DNA of 64,000 nt, taken from the human T2T-CHM13v2.0 reference genome, Homo sapiens. This document shows, in pieces, positions 27,770 to 43,693 of this stretch. The first letter of the stretch is position 1, and every line of letters starts with the position of its first letter. The DNA lies in NCBI RefSeq assembly GCF_009914755.1, contig NC_060946.1; one strand, written 5' to 3'. Both the position numbers and the translations under genes were made by a program. Under the pieces are notes generated by a model. That model saw nothing but the letters and a program-made list of their open reading frames with translations, did no database searches and was not told the origin of the DNA.

Positions 27770-29590
27770 TAGCTGCAAATCCGGCTTTTGTGGGAATACT
27801 CTTCAAGAAAAAGCAAACGAATTTCAAAGACAAAACTAGGTTCAAAAGTGAATATTTATTTACAAAGAGGAGATAAATCACAAAAATGGCAACTTAAAAA
27901 AATTAACAAATACCACAAAATTCAGAAAAACAATGTAATATTTGTATTAATTGGTTGCCTAACACATGGCTGTGAAATGTTTTCCCCTACATTTTTTGGC
28001 CATGCTATACTCTTTTTTTTTTTTTTCGTGCTATACTCTTTGATCATCCCTCCCTATTCTGTGATATTTTCTAAAATAGGTAAATAATTCAGTGCTTCCT
28101 ATAGCATGGTAGACCAAAATATGTTTTTTGTTATTAAGTTCCTTTCTGCCTCACAACTTGTTATTGGTAACATCATATAAATTTGTAAAAGTGTTGGCAG
28201 GGCATGGTGGCTCATGCCTGTAATCCTAGCACTCTGGGAGACCAAAGTGGGCAGATCACGAGGTCAGGAGTTTGAGACCAGCCTGGCCAACATGGTGAAA
28301 CCCCGTCTCTACTGAAAGTCCAAAAATTAGCTAAGCGTGGTGGCACACATCTGTAATCCCAGCTACTCAGGAGGCTAAGGCAGGAGATTCGCTTGAACCA
28401 GGGAGGTGGAGGTTGTAGTGAGCCGAGGTCGTGTCACCACACTCCAGCCTGGGCGACGGAGTGAGACTTTGTCTCAAAAAAAAAAAAAAAGAAAAAATTG
28501 TTAGCAATTTTGGGAAAACCTCTATTGAATATCTTTTATATATGCACTATGAAATTGCCAGGCTTCACTGTTTCTTGTACATTGGCTAATCTGAAATAGC
28601 CTTTGAATTGACATATGTATATCATAACATAATTTGGCCCCGCATATTTCAGTCATGATAGAGTGCCGCATATTTCAGTCATGATAGAGTGAGTTGACCT
28701 AGTAACAGCTCTTTGTACATTGATGGTTAACATTATCTCAACCATACACAGTTTTATGAAAACCACATAAATTTAGTTTATTCCATTGAACCCGAAACAA
28801 AAGTATCCTCAACTTAAGGTTTCCTTAGGGGGATCTCCAGAATGGCCGAAGTCACTCATAAGTCCATTGACACAAGGGGAACCATAATGGCAAGAAAGTT
28901 GGTATGGAAGGACAGATACTATTAATATATAATTCCATTTATCCAAGGTACTTAGAGCAGTCAGTTTAGAGACAGAAAGTAGAATGGTGGTTGCCAGGGG
29001 CTGAGGAAAGGGGAAAAGAATGAAGTTGTTGTTTAATGTGTGCAGAATTTCAGATGTGCAAGATGAAAAAGTTCTGGAGATCTGTTGCACAGCAGAGTGA
29101 ATATACATAATGCTACTGAACTATACACTTAAAAATGGTTAAGATGATCAGTTTTTTGTGTTTTTTTAACCACAATAAAAATTTTCAGACCAGGTGCCGT
29201 GGCTCAATCCTAGCACTTTGGGAGACCAAAGTGGGAGGGTTGTTTGAACCCAAAAATTGAGACCAGCATAGATTCCCATCGCTACCAAAAAAAAAAAAAA
29301 AAAAAAAAAAGCTGGCCATGGTGGCACATGCCTGTAGTCCTAGCTACTTGGGAGGCTGAGTTTGAGACAGGAGGATTGCCTGAATCTGGCAGTTTGAGGC
29401 TGCAGTGAGCCATGATTGTAGCCGGGGCAACAGAGCGAGACCTTGTCTCCAAAAACAAAAAACAGTAACCAAAAAATACGGGATAATTGGGCACTTTGTT
29501 AGGATCCCTCCTAGAGCTTTAGGAGGGGCCCATGAAAGTGAGGGGGCCTGCAGGTTTAAATTAGCTTCAGAGCAAAGCAAATCTGTTTCA
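27770..29590 (+). mobile_element. hAT-Tip100 (Arthur1-like) DNA transposon fossil, interrupted by Alu 28195-28497(+), an L1M 3' end ~28920-29180 and Alu 29188-29462(+)
   Basis: ctcttcaagaaaaag…aaagtgaatatttattt…aaataccacaaa and ggggcccatgaaagtgagggg…attagcttc resemble the recalled consensus. Confidence 0.55.
28640..28691 (+). repeat. Perfect 26-bp tandem duplication
   Basis: (ccgcatatttcagtcatgatagagtg)x2. Confidence 0.97.
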
Positions 29591-29799
29591 ACCATTCTGG
29601 TCCTATCTATCTGTTGAAACCCAACTGATCTAAGCCGTAGTGCCTCCATTTTCAAACTGGTCTCTCTTAGAGCATAACCATACAGTTAATAATTTATCTT
29701 ACACTTTTTTGTTGATTGCCTCATGCATATGTCTTATCTCTGAACTGTAGGATAAGTGTTGTCTTCTTTTACAGCCTAAAAGTACCTAGGTTCATAGTA

Positions 29800-31008
<1,209 letters not shown>

Positions 31009-31871
31009 CTGGAGTCCTATTTTTGAATGAATTGATTGGCCTTACGATATTTCATTGTCACAAGATTACATACTTAACAAGTACCAATTATCTTACAATA
31101 GAATCACTTCTACCTTCAAAATATACTGCGTACTTACATACTTTTCTCCACCTCCACTGCCCAGCTGTCTCTAGCCACCCTCTCTCACTTAGATGGCCAC
31201 AGTGGCTTTCCGACTTTTCTTCCTGCTTCTCTTGATCCTTGGTAGTGTATTCTCCATACAGAAACCAGGAAGAGCTTCTAGAAATACAAATCTGATTGTA
31301 TCTCTACCAGAGTGGTTTTAAGACTTCCAAGGGTCCTTGGCATACTCACGTTAGGAGGTTTTGAAGGCTTCATCCCGTGTTTATAGGAAAAATTAAAAGG
31401 TACTCACATATCATATTAAATACGTAGACATATCCCATATTAAATATGTGGATTTATCTATTTATTTTTGCTGTCACATTTTAAAAGAATTTTTCATAAT
31501 TCTCCTTCTGAAATTCTTTGGCTACAAGTAACTAATTCATAAGTATCTCAGACTTCTTAACAGGTAACATATTTAGGGGCTGGGCATGGTGACTTAAGCC
31601 TATAATCGTGGCACTTTGGGAGTCTGAGGCAGGAAGATTGCTTGAGCCCGGGAGTTGGAGGTCAGTCTGAGCAACATGGTGAAACCCCATCTACAAAAAA
31701 TTGAAAAAGTAGCTGTGCATGGTGGCACACACCTCTGGTCTCAGCTACTTGGGAGGCTGAGGCAGGAGAATCACTTGAGCCTGAAAGGTTGAGGCTGTGG
31801 TGAGCCATGTTCGTGTTGCTGCATTCTAGTCTGGGCAACAGGGCGAAACCCTATCTCAAGGGGGAAAAAAA

Positions 31872-32104
31872 TATATATATATAATATATATTTTATATAT
31901 ATTATATATATTATATATAGTTTATATATATATTATATATATAGTTTATATATATATTATATATATAGTTTATATATATATTATATATATAGTTTATATA
32001 TATATTATATATATAGTTTATATATATTATATATATAGTTTATATATATTATATATAGTTTATATATATATTATATATATAGTTTATATATATTATATAT
32101 ATAG
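31872..32104. repeat. AT-rich minisatellite, about 8-9 copies of a 20-24-bp unit (tttatatatatattatatatatag)
   Basis: Direct reading; grows from the AluJ tail. Confidence 0.95.
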
Positions 32105-32144
32105 ATCCTATACATACATATATGAACATACATACATATATGTA

Positions 32145-32551
32145 TATAAAATGTTCATCACATTTAAAAACAATTCTCACTTTGCAAAAATTCCTATACA
32201 TACATATATAAACATACATATATAGGTGTATATATCTATATATGTACATATATGTGTGTATATATACATATATGTACATATATGTGTGTATACATATATA
32301 CCTATATATGTGCATATATGTGTGTATATATACACCTATATATGTACATATAGGTGTATATATACACACATATACCTGTATATGTACATATATGTGTATA
32401 TATATACACATATACCTATATATGACATATACACCTATATAGGTGTATATATATACACATACATGTATCTATATATGTATGTTTATATATATGTATGTAT
32501 AGGAATTTTTGCAAGGTGAGAATTGTTTTCAAATGTGATGAACATTTTATA
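32145..32551. repeat. ~81-bp inverted repeat (32145-32225 / 32469-32551) around a (TA/TG/CA) low-complexity spacer
   Basis: tataaaatgttcatcacatttaaaaacaattctcactttgcaaaaattcctatac… vs …gtataggaatttttgcaaggtgagaattgttttcaaatgtgatgaacattttata; 2 mismatches + 2-nt indel. Confidence 0.95.
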
Positions 32552-32552
32552 A

Positions 32553-32768
<216 letters not shown>

Positions 32769-33069
32769 TAGCCAGCATAGTCTCGATCTCCTGACCTTGT
32801 GATCCGCCTGCCTCGGCCTCCCAAAGTGCTGGGATTACAGGCGTGAGCCACCGCACCCGGCCATAAATGCTAAATTTAACAATGAATGGGACTGCTGAGT
32901 GGTTATAAAGGACATTTAAGCATTTATTAATTTTTGTGGTCAAAATTTTTTGTTTGTATTTTGAACTTGTATTTTTTTCTAGATCCCAAACATTTTTCTA
33001 AGTCTCTGAAAAGCTTATGGACCCTAGGCATTCAGTGGAAAGCAACTAATGGATAAAATGGCGCTGTTT

Positions 33070-33840
<771 letters not shown>

Positions 33841-34509
33841 TAATGTTAGTAGCTAGTTTAACTGTCCCTGTATCGTTGTAATTTAACCATCCTTGTATTG
33901 TTGGTGTAGTATTGTTGGTGTAAAGCCTATGTGGTCATAATGAATTATTCTCTTAAAACTACTCAGTTCTGTCTGATAATATTTTACTTAGTATTTTTGC
34001 ATCTGTCTTCACAAGTGAACATTAGTTTAGTTTTATTTTTTGTACCATCTTAGTCTAAATTCATATCAAGAATATGTTATCCTCATGGAAGAAAGTAGGA
34101 AGCTTTTCCTTTTATCCTTACACCTCCTGGAACAGTAAGGATAACGTGGAAATTATCTGTTCAATAAGAGTTAGATAGCATTCACCTAGAAAATTGGGCT
34201 TGCTGTTGTCTTAGTGGCTCATTCTTTGAAGATCTTAGAGATTTCTGCTCTGGGTTGTTGTTCCCCTAATTTTTCTTGAGTTGATTTTGGTAACTTCTGT
34301 TTTCTTTGACTATCATCCATCTTATTTAATCTTCAAGTTTATTTATGTAAAGTTACATATAATTCTAGCATGAGTTAAAAGATTTTCTCTAAATCTGCAG
34401 TTATGATATCCTCTTTCTCAGCCCTAATGTTTGTGACTTCTCTCTTTCAATTGATCAGATTTTTGACAGAATTATCTACATTTATTTAGTGTTTTAAAAC
34501 AAAATATAG

Positions 34510-36787
<2,278 letters not shown>

Positions 36788-37531
36788 TCAGCATATTATT
36801 TGAAATTAGAACCAATATTTTATTTAAAATATGTTTGTTCTGTTTCCAAACTTTTCATGCAGTTTGCTATTTAACACTTACAAGGCAACACATATAAATA
36901 TTTGCATACAATAATATTCTACACTGGGGAATGGAGACTTAGCAAAGTTCAGTTTCATAAAGAAAGCATGTCCATCACAAATTAAAACAAGGTGGATGTT
37001 CAGTCTCCACACATTTTTACAAATCGAGCCAGCTACAAGCAAGTAGGCTTTCAGTAACTCATCTGGAAGGTATTGGAAGGATAAAAATAGACTAAATAAT
37101 CAGAATTTCCATTCTAGTAGTTTCCTGCTTTTTCCTGCATCTCAATTGTCAGTGCAGGGCCTGGCTATTTCACTCAGTGCTAGGCAAAGACAGTGGAAGC
37201 TTGTTAAGCCACAGCTATTCAGGCTACCAGATTGTCCAGGCATTGGCCTTTGCCTGCCATGAAACAGCTCCTTTCCTGTCGTCATATCTGAGTGGAAAGA
37301 GCAAAGGCGGGAGACTGTATAAAGACCCAGAAGCCAGGATGACAACAAGTGTTGTGGGATTTTACAAGCATTCGTAGGTTCCTTTTCAAGGAAAGCCGGG
37401 TTTCTAGAATCCATCAGTTGTCTGCTGGCTGGCATGGCAGCCTAGTTTATGGGAGAAGCACACTAGGGAATCCTCCCTTTTCTGGCTTATAGAGATAGGT
37501 GGAGTCGATAGTCACAGGGCATTCTCATGCA

Positions 37532-37836
<305 letters not shown>

Positions 37837-38744
37837 TCATGCGCTTTTTACCATTTTAGTTACTTTCTTTCCTGAAGCCGTCCTTAAAACATAGATGAAT
37901 GCGAGTTTCTGGGAACTATGTGACCCTCATTCCCCTACATTTTTTATATTCAGGTGGCAGATTTCCTCCTACTCAGCCCAGCCCTTCTGAATAGGGTCCA
38001 AGTCATTGATTTATTCATTTATTTACCTCCTATGTGGTGTTTGGTGTGGAGCCTCACAGAGCAGTGAAGACGTGGTGTTTTTCCTTATACAGTTTACAGT
38101 CTCCTGGGGAAGACTAATGTTAAGCACATTCTTTCATAAATTGCAATTATGACCATTGCTCTGAAGAAGTAGTAAAGGATATTATGGGAGTGTTAACAGG
38201 AGGGCCTGGTCTGGACTGCGAGGGTCAAGAAGCCTTCCCAGGGTGGAGGCGAACTTTTGAGATGGCCAGGAAAAGATGAACAGAACTACTCAAAGAAGCC
38301 AAGTGCAGAGTTTCAGAGGTGAAAGAAACCAAAGATACCATCTAGGGAAGCCCAATCTCCGCCGGCTACCAATGAGAAAACGGAGGCCAGGCAGGGTGGG
38401 AGGATGGGTAAGGGACTTACTTACTTGCTGTTAGCAGTGAAGTTACACGGCCTGTGAGCCGCGGGGGCTGGAGATGCAAACCGAGCTTGGGTTTCTTAAG
38501 TGGGTAGGAGTGGAGATGTATATGCGAAGGAGAAGGGATTAGGAGTGGTGGAAACCAGGTAGGTTTTAATTTAGTGCCTAGGCTCCCTCAGCTGCAGAGC
38601 TACCTCCTGCGGTGGGGGAGGGGATTAAAGATGACTCAGACCTGCCCTAGCCCAGAGAAACTCCGTTTGCAGTGCTGAAGCATAGTTTTTATTTGGGTTT
38701 GGGGGAGGAGGTACTGAACACACATACAGGCAAAACAATAAGTG

Positions 38745-38840
38745 TAGAGTTCAGAATTGGGAAACCAGTCCCTCTTCTGCAGCTGTTCAGCTGTGTGATT
38801 TGGGATAAGTCACTTAACCTTTCTGAATTGCAGTTCAGTT
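38745..38840 (+). mobile_element. MIR fragment
   Basis: agctgtgtgatttgggataagtcacttaacctttctgaattgcagtt MIR core. Confidence 0.75.
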
Positions 38841-39179
38841 TATACTTTTGTGCGTTTCTTTCAGTCTTTTTCTATACATTTTAGGAGTTTCTTAGAGATC
38901 AGTCGTGCCCTGTATTTCACCTCATTCTTTCAAAGCTAAAGCCTCTTGTTTGGTAGAGCTGTGTTTCAGCCCCTTTTACAGAGCAGTTTGCCAGCCTGTG
39001 CTTGCCCAAACATCTAGAGAATAACTAGCAAGCGAGCCAGGAGAAGATCCAGGAGCTGTAAGAATCGTTAGCAACTGAGCATATTTCTATAAACCAATAA
39101 AGGTTTTTCTGTTTTGTTCATCTGTTACCCTTATGCTGTTGCCACTTTCACATGCAGTGTCTGTAGGCGGAGAGTATGA

Positions 39180-39410
39180 GATAACAGCATTTCACAAATG
39201 AAAGTGAGTGGAAAAGGGCTGCTTCCCCTTTAAGGCAGTCTCAGCTCCAGCTCCCTCCCCTTTCCTGATTGACAAACCTACCCGAAGTCACATGATCTGC
39301 CTCTATTTGAAGGTCACAAAAAGCTGCTTCCTTTAGAGACAGAGAGGGAGAGAGAGAGCAAGAGGGAGAGTGTGTGAGAGAGAGTTAGTTCAAGCCAAAA
39401 TGGCCGACAG
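39180..39410 (+). promoter_or_regulatory. TNRC6B: Internal non-CpG-island promoter of TNRC6B
   Basis: TGATTGACA (PBX/MEIS-like) at 39266-39274; GTCACATGA E-box/M-box at 39287-39295; TATTTGAA TATA-like at 39304-39311, about 30 bp before the inferred TSS; AGGTCA half-site at 39311-39316; YY1-like AAAATGGCCG at 39397-39406. Confidence 0.7.
39335..39384 (+). repeat. Imperfect (GA)n/GT purine-rich tract at the TSS
   Basis: agagacagagagggagagagagagcaagagggagagtgtgtgagagagag. Confidence 0.85.
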
Positions 39411-39429
39411 AGTCTCTGCTGGTTTCTGA
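39400..39429 (+). other. uORF1 in TNRC6B 5'UTR (MADRVSAGF*), strong Kozak AAAATGG
   Basis: ATG GCC GAC AGA GTC TCT GCT GGT TTC TGA read directly; translation not shown. Confidence 0.65.
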
Positions 39430-39507
39430 ATATTTAAAATACAAAAAAACAGATAGACAAAAAGAATTCATTTTTTGGACCTTTTTTCATTTCCATTTCT
39501 ACCTTGT

Positions 39508-39549
39508 ATGCCTCAATTTGCTGGATTTAAGCACTGCTGCACTTTATGA
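39508..39549 (+). other. uORF2 (MPQFAGFKHCCTL*) whose TGA overlaps the main ATG
   Basis: ATG at 39508 is in frame with TGA 39547-39549; main ATG is 39546-39548. Confidence 0.6.
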
Positions 39550-39550
39550 G
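39546..39550 (+). CDS. TNRC6B: Start of TNRC6B main isoform CDS (ATG AG-; M-R), continued by an exon downstream of this window
   Basis: ATGAG immediately before the GTTGGT donor; phase 2 matches the 17697-17764 exon. Confidence 0.85.
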
Positions 39551-42500
39551 GTTGGTAAATATTTTCAATTTTTTTAAACCAATTGATTTATATGGATCTT
39601 GTCTAACCGTTTTCACTGGTGGTGTTGCAAATCGACATTTGTCTAGCATGGAGACTGGCTTCAGACATTTCGTGGATCTGTGTAAATCAGACCCGTGATG
39701 TACTTTGGTTCGGCATTTTAGAAATGGAAAAGACGTGGTAAAATATTTAGATTTTGAAGTGATTTAATTGCACTTTTAATGTATATGCAGATTTTCATCA
39801 TCGTTTCTATCTTGCAATAAATGAAGCTGCGAGTAATTGGAAATTTGCTATTTAGAAAGAGGTTTTTAAAAAACACAGACCTCCCCCTCCCCCCTTAAAT
39901 CTGCTGCAAAAATTTGCATAAATATAAATGGGTTTGCATTCTTTCGGCTGCTAAGGCCGACAAAGGATCTGGGAGGGCAAGCCCTAGAACGGGAAAGCCT
40001 TTTTCTATCTTTTTATTTTTTAAACTGGGCCCTCCTTCCTAGAGAGATGTAAAACCTAAAGTAAGACCTAATACATTTTAAACATCAGGTTGGGGGCGGG
40101 TGAACACCAGGAGGTTTGGGGTTTGTAGATTCCCCTGCTTGAAAACCTCCCAAGCAATATGTGGCTCACCCCTCTCCTTTCTGCGCGCGCTCATTTGCAC
40201 TGGGTCTCTGTGTGTGTTCTCAAATGTGCAGCCAGATGCGCTTTTATTTTGATCCTGGATTCAACCAAAGGGTAGGACTATGTTGTAAACATGGTGTTTT
40301 AAAGATATGAACAGCTATTCACCGCGATTAGAAATTATTTCTTTATCAGTTCTCCCTGTGTATTAGCCTTCTTCATTCCTCACGAAATAAAATTTTTGTT
40401 TAATTTTACACAGATGCAAAACTGAGTTTTTCAGCATAAATTCATCGTGTGAGTGTGTGGTTGCCTGTTTCGGCCATGTATCCACTGCGAAGTGGTCATT
40501 TAGGGTCACATGTATAAGTAGCAGTCTATGTGATTGTTAGTAACCCCTGAAGCTGTGCAGTGCCTGAAGTTAAATTCCATTACTCCTAATGCAGGATTCT
40601 GGAAGCCTGAGAGCAGGGAGGAAAGAAAGCTGAAAACTTGCTTTCTCAGAGCCTCCTCCCCCTATCATTGTGAGAGTGTGATGTAATGCTTCTCGGTCTG
40701 GTGGGCTGAAAGGATTGTAGTTTGTGATGTGGCGGGTAAATTGCCCCCACCCCTGGGTAAATTACTCCACCCCCCTGAGCACATCCCTGGCTCTGAGAGG
40801 CCTTGTTTTCTTTTCTCTTTTTTTCCTAATTTGTATCCTCCTGATTTATGCTGTGGCATATTGGCATGAGAAAGAGACTGTTCTTCTAAATCTGTTACAA
40901 AGTATAGTTTAGAAAAGGCATTTAAAATATGCAAATGGGTTGAATTGTCATATCCCCATCATTAAATATGTAGACGTGGATTAAAGCTAATTAAGCATAA
41001 ATGGAATAATTTTGATCAGAAGGGAGCAGTGTTTTTTGTTGTTTCCTTTTTAATTAATCTAATTATGAGATGCTTACTGGGCCTGAAAGTGTTAAAAAAG
41101 ATAAAGTGGAAAAAATGCTGGACCATTTTGAAAATTTGACAGTCTGGAAGAGGGTGTGTGGTGCTTTCAAAAGCTTTATTCACTCTTAAAATGGATTGGC
41201 CTCTTGTGCTGAAAATGGCCTGTTTCTTTGGGCCAATTGTGTGTAGATGAAGGGACTTTCACGCTAATTTAACAAAAAGACTTTCCATTTGAATACATAA
41301 GATAATTAAAGCCCTCTGTCTCTAACAAGCAAGGATTTTATTATTTTAAAAAATTAATGTTGTTATGTTAGTAATGGTAATAAATACAGAAGTGACTGTT
41401 TAGATTCACTGTAAATTTTTTGATGATATAAATTCAGCTTTTGTGTAAGAAGGATTGGAAACATTACATTAAAGAGGTAGTCTGGAACAAAGTTGTCTCT
41501 AAATTTTTTTACGGCTTGAATTTAAAGGGAAAAGATAGAGAAATTACCTTAGTGATAGAGAATGTTGCATTGTGGTAGACCTAAAGGAAAATCAGCTCTG
41601 ATTTTTGTTGCTGTTTTTCTGAAAATGAAAGCACTTTTTTGGGGCTTTGCTTGTTATATGATTCATTTTACACCTATTTCCTAAAGTTGGTCTTACTGAA
41701 GAGGAGATAAAACCTAGGCTTTCCATGTTTTGCCATTATCTTGTTTTTGTGGCTGTGTAAACATATGAATGGCAGGTTAATTCAGTTTGCAGAGAGGAGG
41801 AACCAGAGCAGGGTACCTGCTGTCTTAGGCAGAACAGAGAATGATACAATGAATGCCATTTGATTCTTTGAAATGTTTTTTATAAATATTCTTTTCCCCT
41901 GGATAATTAAAAGGTGAGATAAATAAGACCTGGCTTCACGTATGGGAAGCATTATGGCTCTGGTGAGTTGATAGCTCGACTGCCATTTTGGATCTCAGAT
42001 CCTGCAGAGCCAATCCTTCTGGCTCACCAACACGATGGTCATCCAGAAGGAAATGAAAATGAGTAATCAATTAAGTGTGCAGATGGATAGTATTTAATTT
42101 GTGCCTTCTGTTGAAGTTTTCTTTCTGTGAGTACTGTGAATTGAAGCTTTAAAAACTTTAAAGATGTGGCCGATGTTATGAAGAGCAATATCCAGGGGTG
42201 CTGGAACTTGCACGTTGTAGTTTTACTTTTTAAAAATGAGATGGCATATGCAGAGGAAGTTTCTTATTGGAGAAAGTGAATATAATCCCTATTAACTGCC
42301 ACCCCCCCCACCAATCTATATTTCCTAATGCTGGATCAACTAGTGATAATATCACAACATTACTCTGTCTCAGAAAAAAATGTCACAGGTTCATGACTGA
42401 AAGATCACAAAAATTGGTAGCGTTCATCAGAAGTGGTATCTCAATTTTAAAGTGCTTTTCAGTCATTCCATCTGGTTCCCAGAAAGGAAGCTTTGGCATC

Positions 42501-42750
42501 TTTGATATATGGTGCAAACTCAGCTCTGTTCTTCAGCTGTGAATGGCCATTTGTTATTCTGTGTGGCCACTCGGATGGTCCTTTAAAAATAAACTTCCGA
42601 ACATTGAAGCAGAGACTTCTAAGGCTTCTCCAGCTCTTCAGCTCTACAAGAGACACTAGAAGAGTGTTATGCGATGATGAGACCTTCAGGTTCTGCAGAG
42701 CAGGCTGAGCAGCTCTGGCTATTGAGGACCACCCTGAGGAATAAGGGTGG

Positions 42751-42793
42751 TCCTCACCCTACCCAGCTGCTCCTCACCCTACCCAGCTGCTCC
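42751..42793 (+). repeat. Perfect 20-bp tandem duplication adjoining a 13-bp hairpin
   Basis: (tcctcaccctacccagctgc)x2+tcc. Confidence 0.95.
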
Positions 42794-43072
42794 ATGACTG
42801 AAAAGTTTGGAAAGATTTTAATTTTTATAACTCAGATCATATAATCATTGATCATCTGCAGTTTAAGCTGGACACAGCCCTGAGGCAATGCAGATAGATG
42901 AATGTACTTTGTCCCTTTCCTCAAGGAGTACCAGGTCAGCATTATTGGTAAACAGATCGTCACAACTTGGCAGTTTATGTGCAATATTCAGAGCAAGTTC
43001 CTGGTTACAGAAGTATCTGAGTATCTGCATTAGGAGGGTCCTTGTTTTAAAATTTCTTAAAGAAGCCAAATA

Positions 43073-43693
<621 letters not shown>

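Larger units (their letters stand above)
39335..39550 (+). other. TNRC6B: TNRC6B alternative first exon (5'UTR plus first 5 coding nt); TSS approximate
   Basis: Repeat-free sequence with a GA-rich leader and YY1-like CAAAATGGCCG, ending in cactttATGAG|gttggtaaat. ATG AG(A) gives the recalled N-terminus MREKEQERE…. Confidence 0.85.

Noticed and set aside
31872-32104. Regularly spaced repeat array (CRISPR-like)
   Set aside because: No unique spacers; an AT minisatellite in primate DNA.
32049-32519. Y/I/C/H-rich ORFs on both strands sharing [19 protein letters not shown]
   Set aside because: Product of TA-type microsatellite plus the inverted repeat; useful only as a pointer to the palindrome.
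39499-39505. CTACCTT as a let-7 site in the 5'UTR
   Set aside because: Not a canonical seed match (needs CTACCTC); at best an offset 6mer.
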